From Paraspadella gotoi (lineage: Eukaryota; Animalia; Chaetognatha): DNA of 64,000 nucleotides. Positions 11,853 through 29,200 of this stretch are shown here, piece after piece (within the stretch, counting starts at the first letter, position 1; each line of letters opens with the position of its first letter). The notes under the pieces were generated by a model. That model saw only the letters and a list, made by a program, of their open reading frames with translations. It had not been told where the DNA came from and did not search any database. Made by a program: the position numbers and the translations under genes. The DNA is taken from NCBI GenBank assembly GCA_051294375.1, contig CM119267.1, positions 19,278,773-19,342,772 of the forward strand, in the 5' to 3' direction.

Positions 11853-13248
11853 CTTGGGTTTTTTTTTTTTTTTTTTTTGGTTGTGGGAAAAAGTCGGTGG
11901 TGCCGGAGAAATCCATGGCAAGGTTTGTGTGTTAATTAGAATGACACGCCATGTTAGAAGCCGTTAGTTTTTGCAAAAAAGAGAGAGAGAGAGAGAGAGA
12001 TATGAGAAATTTGAAAAAAATTGAGAGTTAGGAAAAAAAAGATGTATACTATATGAATTTTTCGATACAGAGTAATGACTAAAAACATATAAACATAAAA
12101 ATGCAAAAATATTATTCTATTTTTTTGTTCCGTTTTTTTCTTTTGAAAACATGCAAAGCTGAGTTTAGTAAAGCGAGGAAAATTTTGTCGTAAAAAGAAA
12201 TCGGTTTTGTGGAGGCCTAACTCATTGAGCTCGTTAACTGAAATTCGTCTTCATGATTCTGGTAGTTAGCGATGAAAGTTAGTAGCGGAATGAAAATTAA
12301 TGCAAAGAAACTAAAAATATAGAAAATGCAAGTTTGACAGCATTAAATGTTACCGTATACACTTATCCGTAAAGGTAATTTAAAACTTTTAAACAAACCA
12401 TATCAATGTTGAGAACTTATGCAAAATAAAAAAAATAACCCATCATCAGTTTATTTTAAGAACTTTCTAGCTTAAATATTAGTTAATTCAAGAGCTTTAT
12501 ATAAAATATTTTGAGTTTGTTAATAAAAATAAAAAACTATATTGTCGCACTAACTTATACGCAAAATTATCTATGTATAACAACAGGTAAAGAAATTAAC
12601 AATTAAAAATTAAAAAAAAAATAATAATAACAGCAACCAAAATTCGATCGCGTCCTCATTAATTCTACATCGGCAAAAGTTTAGTCATTCAGAGTCACCA
12701 AACGAAAGCAAAAACTTAACGATGAGAAGAGAAAAACAAATGAACAGCCGAATTAGTGATTTCGTTTTTTGTGTGATTGAAAAAAAAAAGATTTTTTTTT
12801 TTGCATCATGCAATTTCCATCTATGACGCCTCGTGAGTTCGGCGGAAATAAAATAACTTCTCAAAATTTTGATTAAAAAAAAAAAACCAAAAAGATAAAG
12901 AAATCCTCGCTCGAATAATGCCGTTAAAGTAAAAAAATGAATTAGAAATAGTTTGTATATGGGCGATAAAAACGGTTAAAATTATTAAAATTATTATTAA
13001 AATTATATATTTTTTGGACTTGTGTTTATTTATGTTCGAATGAATATTATATTCTCGAGAATTTAATTTATGATTCCTACCCAACAAATCCTTAACGTTA
13101 ATTGGCTGTCTACTTTTTTAAATAACTTTAATTAACTAAGTTAAAATGTAATTCCAAAAAATTGTCATTATTAACATTCGTAATTCTAACTTATTTATTG
13201 TTTTATTATTATTTATATTTATTTATTTTTATTTATTTATTATTTATT

Positions 13249-13287
<39 letters not shown>

Positions 13288-13361
13288 TTAATTAATTACA
13301 TATCAGTTTAAAGTTTTCTAATCGCCACCCTTTATACACAATTTGGTCCCTAGGAACGTAC

Positions 13362-13482
13362 CTGAGGTCGCTACCCAGCGGCGTAGCGAACGCCGTAAAC
13401 CTTTGGAGTCGAGGTTGGAGCCCGACTTTTCATTGTGTTACAGGGCTTTCTTTCATTTTTATAGTCGCATTCATTGTAGATT
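13362..13482 (-). CDS. GRIA: Glutamate receptor S2 exon ending at the R/G-site position
   Basis: ttattacag acceptor, then approx. [38 protein letters not shown], ending AG|gtacgt (phase 2, as in vertebrate GRIA). Confidence 0.92.
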
Positions 13483-13915
13483 CTGTAATAAGCGAGAAAC
13501 AAAGCTTAATATTTATTCGATGAAATAATTAATTTGTACTAATTTATATTCCTCAGCTCCTTATATTCCGTCTTTATCACAATAACGAATAACAGGGTGA
13601 ATATTTTTGCCAACAGCATTTATGAAAAGCAAAGCCACTGCGGAGAAAATCTTGATGAAAGTTTGCTGGGCTAAAATAATGGAGGGAATTTAGGCGCTAA
13701 GCTACCACAAGCTTGACAACGTCCCAGTGTATCAAAAGAAAGGTGTCAAGATAGCTTATTTATCGAAAAAGGATATATTTCTGATATTGATAATTTCAAC
13801 AACTGCTAAACTACGATAATCGTTCAAATAATCTTCGCGACAACAAATCACAAATCCACCACCACATACGGCATCGCTCCCACAGCAACATTCACTCCAC
13901 CAAACCAAAACTGAC

Positions 13916-14057
13916 CGAGAAGAAAGGCATATTTTTCCCTTGGACCCTCCGCACACGTTCAACGCCTTCGTCGTAACCTGTACCAAAAAACGTTCGGCTG
14001 GGCCGTGGCTCATGAAAGGCCCAACAATGCGTTCGTAGACGGCGGATCTTCGACGTC
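13916..14057 (-). CDS. GRIA: Glutamate receptor S2 exon
   Basis: Approx. TSKIAVYERMWAFMSTAQPNVF..YDEGVERVRRSKGKYAFLL, then gtcagt donor. Confidence 0.9.
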
Positions 14058-14421
14058 CTTATTAGCGGGAGGGCAGGACATGGGGGGACAAGGAAGAGAA
14101 AGTGCGTTGCTGTGAATTTTATTGGGTGATTGGAAGTTGCATTATTTTATCAATTCATAAACACAATTGATTTGATTTGGGGTGTTTTTTTCCCTTTTTA
14201 CTCATTGATAGTTTTGTTTTTTTTGGTTAATTCCAATGATTGTTTTAGTTTTATTTGTTCATGGATTTCTTTGTTTTATTTGTGGATCGATTGATTAAAT
14301 ATTGTCCCTATTTATTAACTCGTACAATAGAAATTTTTTTGATTGTGTAACAAATTAAAACCTCACTTAACCCCGATGGGATAGTTTAAAAATTTATAAT
14401 AAATCATTGAGAGTCTCTCAC

Positions 14422-14534
14422 TTGAAGAATTCGCTTGGTTGACGCCTGAGTCTAAAGGCATCCGTAACCGGATTTCAGTCTGTTTTGGCCAGATCGTCTG
14501 CCCCTTCGATGGGCGTCACAAAATTCTTCTTCGA
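14422..14534 (-). CDS. GRIA: Glutamate receptor exon, M3-S2 linker and start of S2
   Basis: tttactcag acceptor, then approx. FVTPIEGADDLAKQTEIxYGCLDSGSTxEFF, then gtgaga donor. Confidence 0.9.
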
Positions 14535-14679
14535 CTGAGTAAACGGAGGTGGGGGGCGTAAGGGTGGGAGGGTGGGGAGGTAAAGGAGGGACAATTGGGA
14601 AGGAGGATCGGGGAAAGTTTGTGGGCGTTGGGGAAATGGGATTAGAAATCTCGTTTTCAATCGGAGATTAAAACATTAG

Positions 14680-15110
14680 GGACAATAGACGATTACAAAG
14701 ACGAGGACAAGACATACTGACAGGACGACTGTAACGACGAACAAAGGCTACGAGACAAAGGAGGACGCAATTATGACAAAGATTAGACGAACCACTTTCA
14801 AAAGACAAGAATAAGTTATTAAGGACGACTGAGACCGACAAAACAATTATGACGACGATGATTAAAAAGTCTATGACGCGACACAAGACAATTTCAAAGG
14901 CGACCAACAATGACAAATTCACGAGACGACGACGAATGGTGACAAATAAATTATGAAACGACGACAATGACAAATTCACAGACGACGACGATGATGCAAA
15001 TTACAATTATGACGACGCACAATGACAAATTCACAGACAGACCGACGAATGATGACAAAGTCTAAACGACAGAAAACGACCGTTACGAAGACGAATAACG
15101 ACACGTCGGA
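14680..15110 (+). repeat. Degenerate GAC-rich tandem repeat (gacgacgacaatgacaaatt-like) filling a glutamate receptor intron
   Basis: Recurring tgacaaattcacagacgacgac and acaattatgac units. Confidence 0.75.
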
Positions 15111-15120
15111 CGAAAATTAC

Positions 15121-15218
15121 CACGTTAAAAAAGGCAGCCAAGTTGGCTGTGTAGCTCGAGATGATAATTAGGGTGAAGAACCACCAGACGCTTCCGACCA
15201 GACCTTCCCGACACGGAC
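15121..15218 (-). CDS. GRIA: Glutamate receptor M3 gate exon
   Basis: [31 protein letters not shown], containing the invariant SYTANLAAF motif; gtaatt donor. Confidence 0.95.
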
Positions 15219-16708
15219 CTTTTGTTTTTGGTTGACGACAGGTCGCCGAAGGTAGGAGTGTGAGGGGGAGGGTTGGGGGAGGTATATTCGAGCGGGGGTG
15301 GGGAAGTGGGCGTTGCCCAGGTGCACAATACCAAAAAAGAAGAAGAGCGAAACCATTTCAGTTAAAAATCCCTCGGTCGGGTTCACATCAATGGATCTGC
15401 TTAATGTATATATTTTTTTTCCTTATGAAAAAAAATTTTTTTTCTTCGTATAAAAATAAGGGGAAAGATATGAATTGAAGGAATTAACGATTGTCTTTGT
15501 CTAAGCTAATCAAGCAAGTGAAAATAATCTTTCGTATATGAATGAATCTATAAAAAGATGGAAAAAAATGGACGGGATATACGGAAACGACGGAAGAATC
15601 CGAACTTCCAACGTCGTTTTTTTTGTTTTTTTTTATTTTAATTATTTCATAAGTTTAACTTTTTGGTTAAATCGAGAGAGTTTTATTTTTTTGCTTTTTA
15701 GGGAAGGGAAATTTTATGTATATGTATATTAAAATTTTCTTTCTTTTAAAATATTAAAACTATTTCGAAACCGAACATGCTACCACAAATTCTTTTTATC
15801 GAATTGATCTACTATATACTAGCCTAAAAATGGTCTATAGAGGAGAAATAAAATAAAATTATATTTATTATAAAAAAAATAAATATAAATAATTTTCTAT
15901 AATTTCAGCCATGGTTTTGTGGGAACGTTATCTTTATTTGGTTAGGGATATAATATAAAGTTAGAATAATGGGAGACGATTTGTTAACGACGCACGTGGA
16001 CTTCACCAAAAGAGCCTTTTTTTCGTTTAAATCGTTTTGTTTTGTCTAATTGTAGTAATAGACGGTACTACTTTTTTTTTTTGGAGGTGCCTAAATTTCT
16101 TACATTACCAACAACGACAAGAAATTCGTCATGCTTTTCTAATAAAACACGATGTGCCGTGAAATACACTGTGGCTACAGTTCTTATATCCATCGTGAAA
16201 ATGGTAATTACGATGCGATCTTGGGCTTTAAAATGTTTACATATTTGAGGACTGTTTTTTTTTTTCTAAAAAAACCCTGATTTTTTCTAAAAATAAAAAT
16301 AATTGATTCTGAATTAAACAGCTTTTAGACAAAAGTAATACTTAAAAAAAAATGTATTGCTGAGAATTGCGTTGCAAGTTCATGCTGTGTCCTCGTTTTG
16401 AATGTAATTTCTTCCATTTGCTCTAATTAATACTGTATTAACATTTAAAACTTTAAATTTTAAAGTAAATACAGTAAAGAAAGTAGGCGAAATTCGCTTG
16501 GCATATATATAAGTTAATAATCAATTCCGTTTTATAACAAATAGTAAAAACACCTCAACGAAGCACGAAGCCGATATGTTATTGTGTGTAATGATAATAA
16601 GCCAACTGTCATGCTCAAAAATACGAACTTTTTTTATTTTAAAAGCTCACTCAAACAAGAAAAAAAAAACACTTTATGTGCTCTCTCGTTTCTGCGTGGA
16701 TCACGACC

Positions 16709-16724
16709 GAGAGAGAGAGAGAGA

Positions 16725-16800
<76 letters not shown>
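16709..16800 (+). repeat. (GA)n microsatellite
   Basis: Read directly. Similar GA/CT tracts lie at ~31380-31457, 36174-36284, 38009-38098, 39403-39466, 42482-42542, 43284-43332, 43697-43815, 47170-47219 and 48251-48327. Confidence 0.97.
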
Positions 16801-16806
<6 letters not shown>

Positions 16807-19336
16807 GAAAGAAGAAGAGAGAAGAAAAACGTAGCCGGGGCGAGAGTTTCGACCCCTTGCGCATGAAGAGCCCCAAAGTTAAACCAAAAACGTTGAAAAT
16901 AGTAAAGTCTTGGTGGGTCTGGGCGGGCCCCGTTTGACGGTCCTTTTTTTTTCTACCTTCCTAGGGTTCCGGGGCGATCGTCGCCCCGGGATCAAAATCC
17001 TGGGCGCGCCCTATCGGACGTCGAAGAGTCGGGGGTTTGACCGAGGCGTCGGCGGTCTCAGGGGAACGGCCCACGATAGCGCAACTCTGGTTGAGGTTCC
17101 CCGCGGAAAACCATAGCTGTATTTTGTGCTGCGGAGAAATTAGGCGCGGAATGCGTGGCGGCTGTCTGCGCGGTAGCGGCGGCAGAGGTAATTCATCGGA
17201 AACTCGCTGCAAGCCAAAAACCCCAGGGTTTTTGGGGTTTGTTTGTTGTTTTCGAGGTCGGGAGTTAAGAAAATTCACATGGCTTGAAATTTTTTTTTCA
17301 TATTTATTTTCTGTGAATTTAACCCAACGGTAGAAAACATAAAATTTACTTTTTGTGGCAAAAAAGATGATACTATTCAGACTTTAAAAAAAAATATAAT
17401 GTTAAATGAGGCTTAATCAATAATATAAAAACAATCTTCATGAATACACTTAGGCGCATGGAATTTCTCAAACCCCCGCCCCCTGTCCGTCTCTCTCCTC
17501 CCCTCATAAATTCGTACGTTCCAACATTTTGACGGATACAGTTTTGGAAAGGGAACAAAAGGTTTGGTTAACGGGACCTGTTTCGACTGTGATATTGTTA
17601 GCTGAAGGTCGAGGCCCTTCTGTCCTCTTTATTGGTAAAATATCAATGAGGGAATAAAAAAGAGAGAAAACATACAATGAAAAAGGTTGGAATCGGAAAA
17701 AGAATTCATCAAATATGAGTGCGTGTCTTTCTTCTTTGTTAATTTTTAAAAAAGCAAAAAGATTTTACGAAGCGAGGAGGCTATTTATATATTTTATTTT
17801 GCGTCTTGACTAGGCAATAAACTAGACTTTTTTTTACGTATTTAATTACTAGAAAATCAAAAAGCCAATAAACATTTTTTTCTTTTTAGGTTGAACGTTT
17901 ACACTTAAAGTCACTTCCATGGCTGAAACGAAAAGCGATTACTGAATCTAATGATGAATTCTTTGTCGGAAAAAAAGTCACTACTGAAAACCACGAGTAA
18001 GGCGCAGGGCCGGTTTAAAATCAACCCAAAAAAAAAGTCACATAAACAATCGGCCAAAGAAAAGAGCAACAACAAAAAATCCGTTGACAAGAAAGCAGAA
18101 AAAAAAAATCAAAAGAAAAGCACTGCGTTGCATCGCATGCCACGTCGATGAAGCGAAAGTTCTAACGTCAAAACCCCAATTTTTTGTTTTGGTCACACGT
18201 TGCCATGACTACCTATATGTTTGCAACATCATCTCGTACTACTCTAAAACTTATTATATAAAAAATATTCAAATTTATAATTTTAAAATGTTTTGAATTT
18301 TTAGTTTTTTCAGTAGGTTTAGCCAGATCATCAAAACATTTTTATTTTTTGATATCATTTTTAAAGCCATGAAAGTGACTATAAAATATTATTTTGACCA
18401 TATTTTTTTATGACGAAAACTTTTATTTTCAATTCTATTCTCTATGGTTGAAATTTTTCTCCCACCAAAGGTGCAGTAAGATTTAACAGCCTAGGATCTA
18501 TCGAGTAATGATTATTTCTAACAAAATGCTAAATTGCTTACATAAGGATGTGCTTGTGCCGAATTTCGTATAGTAAATTTCGTATAAAAGGCAACTGTGC
18601 CATGCTCATAAGGCAATAGAGGCAATAGAGGCCTTCTGTGGCCATGCTGGTAAAGTGCGCGCTCCCGATATCGTTGGGTGCCAATTTAAACGATTATAAT
18701 CTAAAAAGTTTAACTCTCAGATTTATAGGAGTAATACCAAAATTTATAACAATTTCTTTTTTTTATTTCGAGCGCTTGGCCCTGTTCAGCCAATAATCGC
18801 TAGGTAAGGCAATATCTCGTATACTTGGATAATTAAATTTTTTTAAAATATTATATAATAACCAAAAAAATTTAAAAAAACGGCATCATTTTTTGTAATC
18901 GTTTTGCTACGTATTGATAAAAAGTTATCTCTTTAAAATGACCTTACCCCCTCCCCCGATCCTTTTTTTTAAATTTTCGTTACAATAAAAAATATTTTGC
19001 ATTATATATTATCTCTTTTTGTTTTTCCTTCTCACTTCAATATTTTTTTAACTCTCTCAAATCTCAATGTTGCAACTTTTTATTAAATTAAATTTTTTAA
19101 TAGTTCTGAAACGTTTTCTCAATTCTAAATAGAATTCTTAAATATATCTTCACCCTCTTAACATCGTCCTAAAAACATAATCAGATCAAGCTTTTTTAAA
19201 AAATATCAGCGCTCATAGTTAAACATAGTAATCCGCATATGAAAGCGCAATTGTCGCGCGGCGCCTCGTTGATCGAGGATAAACAAACAAAGCTCTCAGA
19301 CAGTCCGCGGTTTGCCAAGGCGACTGACTTCTTCTG

Positions 19337-23650
<4,314 letters not shown>

Positions 23651-23794
23651 TCTTTCTTTCTCGCCCTTTCCCCTCTCCCACTCCCTTTCCCTTTAAGCTT
23701 TTATTTAATATTTTCCTTCGTTGATCTGTCTCTCTCTCTCTCTGACCCTTCCACCTATTCCTCTCAACAATTCTCCCTCTCTCTCTCACTCTCA

Positions 23795-23843
<49 letters not shown>

Positions 23844-24821
23844 TCTCTCTTTCTCTCCCTGTTCTTTTCATTCTTATATTTTCCCCTTCATCTTCACCAC
23901 TTCTCGATTTACATTCGTAATCTCCTTTTCTATTTCCTTTCTTTTCTTTTTTTTTTAGTTATCCTCATCCAAATTACATTTCATCCCTGACCTTCCTTCA
24001 CTTCATAACCATATTGGCCTTTCTTTCACCTATCTTTCCTTTTAAAACTCGCTCTGCCACTTTTCTAATCTACAATTCTTCCGTCAACCGTTCCCCTTAA
24101 AACTCTAGNNNNNNNNNNNNNNNNNNNNNNNNNNNNNNNNNNNNNNNNNNNNNNNNNNNNNNNNNNNNNNNNNNNNNNNNNNNNNNNNNNNNNNNNNNNN
24201 NNNNNNNNNNNNNNNNNNNNNNNNNNNNNNNNNNNNNNNNNNNNNNNNNNNNNNNNNNNNNNNNNNNNNNNNNNNNNNNNNNNNNNNNNNNNNNNNNNNN
24301 NNNNNNNNNNNNNNNNNNNNNNNNNNNNNNNNNNNNNNNNNNNNNNNNNNNNNNNNNNNNNNNNNNNNNNNNNNNNNNNNNNNNNNNNNNNNNNNNNNNN
24401 NNNNNNNNNNNNNNNNNNNNNNNNNNNNNNNNNNNNNNNNNNNNNNNNNNNNNNNNNNNNNNNNNNNNNNNNNNNNNNNNNNNNNNNNNNNNNNNNNNNN
24501 NNNNNNNNNNNNNNNNNNNNNNNNNNNNNNNNNNNNNNNNNNNNNNNNNNNNNNNNNNNNNNNNNNNNNNNNNNNNNNNNNNNNNNNNNNNNNNNNNNNN
24601 NNNNNNNNNNNNNNNNNNNNNNNNNNNNNNNNNNNNNNNNNNNNNNNNNNNNNNNNNNNNNNNNNNNNNNNNNNNNNNNNNNNNNNCGCGGTGAACTCCT
24701 CGTCATGGGCACACGTGCGCGAAGGCGCGTTGCCAGGCGCGTTGCCAGGCAGCGACGCGCGCTGGAGACGCGAGCCTCTCCAACGTCTTTCCCGTCGACG
24801 TCGTTCTCGTCGTCGTTTTCC

Positions 24822-24857
<36 letters not shown>

Positions 24858-24898
24858 TCGAAATTTTCGCTTCGCGTGAAGGATGACGTCAGCGTGAC

Positions 24899-24932
<34 letters not shown>

Positions 24933-25252
24933 ATCTAGGAAGCATCTTTCTCGCGAACATCGTCTGCCAACTTGGTTCTTTCCTTTTTTTTTCCCCTCTT
25001 TCTTTCTCTTTTTTTTTCTATCTCTCTTTACTCTGCCCATATTTTTTCGCCCCTTTTTCTATCTCACTCTATCTCGCTCTGTTTCTCTCTCTTGCGAGCG
25101 TGCCTCACTCCGTCTCTATCTTTCCGCTAAATATTTTTCATCGCGACAAAATCCTCCCTCCTCCAGTTTTCTTCGACCCATTAACGAGTAACTTTAATCT
25201 TTCTCTCTTCTCTGCTCTCTCTCTCTTCTAAAAATTTCTCTCTCTCTCTTCT

Positions 25253-25288
<36 letters not shown>

Positions 25289-25394
25289 GCCTTCTCTTTG
25301 TTCATGGGTTGGATTCCGAAGAAGGTTTCGCGCTCTTCCGTATGTTGAATGTTGATATTCTGGTCCAGTCTTCTCTGTCTACTCCTCTCTCCTC

Positions 25395-25464
<70 letters not shown>

Positions 25465-25942
25465 GCTCTCTCTCTCGACTTCTCACTTCGCGCGTGACTC
25501 CATCGACGTTCTAGTTTTCGCTTCTTCTTCTCAAGTGAGCGCTAACCAACCGCTATCGTCTTCAGTCTTCTGTCTCTCTCTCTCTCTCTCTCTCTTTCGC
25601 TCTCTCTCTCTCTCTCTTCTTATCTTTTTTGATTATGAATTTTGCAATAAATCTAATCAATATTCTTATTAAGTCTCACTTTTGACGTATTATGCTGTCG
25701 TCAAAATTTTATAATTTTTTATTTTTTTCGGTTTTTACCTCTATGCGTTTTGGTTTTAGAGTCATAATTTCAAGACCATATTTTTTCGAATATCTTTACA
25801 GAGAAACACAACAATGACTAAAAACTAAAACCCAAAAAATAAAAACAAAAAAACAAAAAAAACGTAACCTTTCGACGAGAATCAAAAAACAAAAAAAAGA
25901 AACTCTCTTGGGGCTCGACCCTTTCCCACGAAGACAACGGAG

Positions 25943-26288
25943 ATGCCTCAAAAGCACGGCGCCCACCGCGCCCTCGAGCTGTTGGAGGAGTTCCACGACC
26001 GGCTGGAGAAGCCGCAGGACCGCGCCCTCCGCACGGCCATCGAACGCGTCATCCGCATCTTCAAGAGCCGCCTCTTCCAGGCCCTGCTCGACATCCAGGA
26101 GTTCTACGAGCTCACCCTGCTCGACGAGACGAAAACCCTGCAGCAGAAGACGATAGAGACCCTGCAGATCGCCTCCAAGTGGGAGCGCAACCCGCCCATC
26201 ACCAATCACCCGCCCATGACGGAGAATCTGACGACGCCGACGACGTTGGCAAAACTCCAACCACGGCTACTATCATCCGGTGGAATAC
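25943..26288 (+). CDS. dlg1: dlg exon 1, L27 domain
   Basis: [51 protein letters not shown] matches the SAP97/Dlg-S97 L27 domain; gtgagt donor at 26289. Confidence 0.93.
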
Positions 26289-29200
26289 GTGAGTGGGTGG
26301 GGGGGGCCCTGGGTGTGGGGGGGATTAGGCGGGTGGTAAAAATTGAGTGATTTGTGAGGTGAGTTTGCGAAGCGGGTAAGGATCAGAACCACATCTTATA
26401 TATTCGAGGTAGTCATAGCGGAGAAAGAGAAAAGAGAGAATGACAAAACTCACCCTATTCCTTACCCCAACCTTACCTCCCCCAACTTCGAAAAAAAACC
26501 GTTGAAACTAGATTCGACTGTGATAAATGAGGAAGAGGAGGAGGAGGAGGAGAAGGAGGAGGAGTAATATGGCCGGAGATCCGGAGAGAGGGGCGGAAGC
26601 CCGGCGTTGTAAAAAGGGCTTAAAAAGCCGTTTTTGGCGACGGCCGAAGACGGAACCGGCTAAGGGAGGAATATATGGCTGGGAGAAGAGCCAGGGAGAA
26701 GGGGAGGGAGAGAGATAGAGAGGAAAAGGGAGTAAAGGGAAAGAGAGAGAGAGACAAAGAAAAGGAGAAGTAGGTGTGGTCTCCGCCTTGAGTTATCTTT
26801 CGCTTTTTTTATCCTTTCGCTTTCCCATTTTCGTTCCCTATTTCTTTTTTTGTCTTGTCTCCTCTTTTCTTCTCCTTCAAAAACGACTTTTCTTTCACGC
26901 CCCCCCCCTAAACCTCCCCCTTCACAGCCCGCGAGTCCGTCAAGGGAGGCGTGGCTCTCCTGCTTGTTCTTGCCTCGTTCGTCTTAATGTTTTTTTTCTT
27001 CTTCTCTCTTAAAAAAAAAAATAACGAATTCGCGACGCAAAGTTTATGAATGAAGAGAAAACCTTCTTTTTTTTTTTCTGAGTTTGCTGCGGTTGTCTTT
27101 TTTTTTTCCCCGTAATTTTTTTTTTGCCGACTAGACATTTCATCGATGTTTGTTTTGTTGAAAGCTGCGCGGTGCCTTGCGAAAAATCAGGATTTTTTTT
27201 TTTATTTAACAATGAAACAAACTTTCCCAACCTTTACCCACACCCTTACTCCACCCCTTGCCCCCTCACAAAAAATTTTAAGGGTGCCAAGTGCAACGGC
27301 CCGTCGTCCGGCGACGCCGCCTCCGCCGGCGCCGCCGCAGCGCCGGAAACTGACTTTCTCCGCTTCGGTGAGGAGTGGGAGTACGACCAGATCTCCCCGG
27401 GTCCTCGAGGCGCCCGCTCGATCGAGCCGCGCCCGGCGCCGGATCTCCGCCCGCGCGGCCTCCCCGCCGATCCGAGCCGGCTAGATCTTCGCCCCGATCG
27501 GCTTCTCGAATCTCGCGATACTCGTCGCGGATCCCGCACGGACCTTCGCCTTCTGGCCACCCCGCGCAAATCGCTCGTCCTCGACTCGGAAGCGGACGAA
27601 CCCGACGACGACGACCTCGACGACGCCGGTCTGGAGACGCTGCTGTCTAAACGAGCGGCGTCCGGATCGCAGATGTCGCTGAAGAGATCGAAGCGTCGAC
27701 CCATGATCGAATCCATGCGCAACCTCGTCGATATTGAACTGAGCAAAGGCAACAAAGGCCTCGGATTCTCCATCGCCGGCGGAAAGGGAAATCAACATCT
27801 CCCCGGCGACAACGGAATCTTCGTTACCAAGATCATCGACGACGGCGCCGCCTACGTGGACGGGCGACTCCGGGTCGGCGATCGACTTCTCGCCGTCAAC
27901 GGACGTTCCTTGGAAGAGATCTCCCACGACGACGCCGTCGCCATCTTGAAAAAGACGCCGGACGTCGTCGTTCTCACCGTCGCCAAGTCGGATCTGTCGG
28001 CGCGGCGCGGTTCTCTCCACCGGATGCATCAATCGCATCAATCTCTCCCACAGCATCATCATCCGCCGCCGCCGCCGCCGCCGTCTTCGCAGCACGGGCA
28101 CGCAGCCGAGGCGGGCTACTGGAGCAGCGACAACTTGACCGTTGATCGATTGGGTCACCACCATCGCGACCACCACGGCGGGAGACACAACCACCACAAT
28201 CACCACCCGACGTTGAATCACTCGACCACCCTGCCGAGGGAGAACTCACACCCGAATCTCCACGAATCTCAGTCGACGGGCGACTTGTCCGTCGGGAGGG
28301 AACCGAGGCAGGTCGTCCTGGCGAGGGACTTGAGAGGATCGCTCGGGTTCCACATCGTTGGAGGGGAAGACTCGGACGAGGGGATCTTCATATCCTTTGT
28401 TATTGAAGGTGATGGGGGATGATTAATGATGATGACGATGATGAAGATGATGATGACGATGATGATGATTGTTATAACTTAGCGTCAATCCAAGATATCA
28501 TAAAAGACATATAAAAGCTTAACACATACAACGCCAACCTCCATGAAAACAAAATTGTTACTCCCCTTCCACCACCCCCCCAACAGGCGGTCCCGCGGAT
28601 CAAAGCGGCGACGTCTTCCGCGGCGACCAAATCCTCTCGGTCAACGGCGTCGACCTCACCCGTGCCACCCACGAGTTGGCGGCGGCGACGCTTAAAGGCG
28701 CCGGTCAGATCGTCACCCTCATCCTGGAAAACCGACCGGAGGACTTCGAGCAGTTCGAGACCAAAGTGGCCGACCTCCGGGAGCAGATGATGTCGCGGAC
28801 GACGACGTTGACCTCGACGACGACCGGCGCTTCCGGCGCGGCTCCCGGCAGCCTCCGAACCATCCGGAAAAAGTCTTGCTTCGTCCGCGCCCTCTTCGAC
28901 TACGATCCTTCCAAGGACAGCGGCTTGCCCTCAAAGGGTCTCTCCTTCAAGTACGGCGACATCCTCCACGTGGTCAACGCCTCCGACGAGGAATGGTGGC
29001 AGGCGAGGAGGGTGCTGCGTCTCGGACCGGACGGCGCGCAGGAAGAGGGCGTGGCCGCCATCGTGCCAAGCAAGAAAAGGGTGGAAAGGAAGGAGAGGGC
29101 GCGGCTGAGGAGCGTCAAGTTTTCCCGGAAAGGATCGTGGGACGGGACATCGTCGTCGGCGGAGAGGAAGAGGAAGAGCTTTTCGTTTTCACAGGTTTGT

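Noticed and set aside
27246-28249. Long antisense ORFs opposite dlg
   Set aside because: Expected shadow of GC3-rich codon usage on the coding strand.
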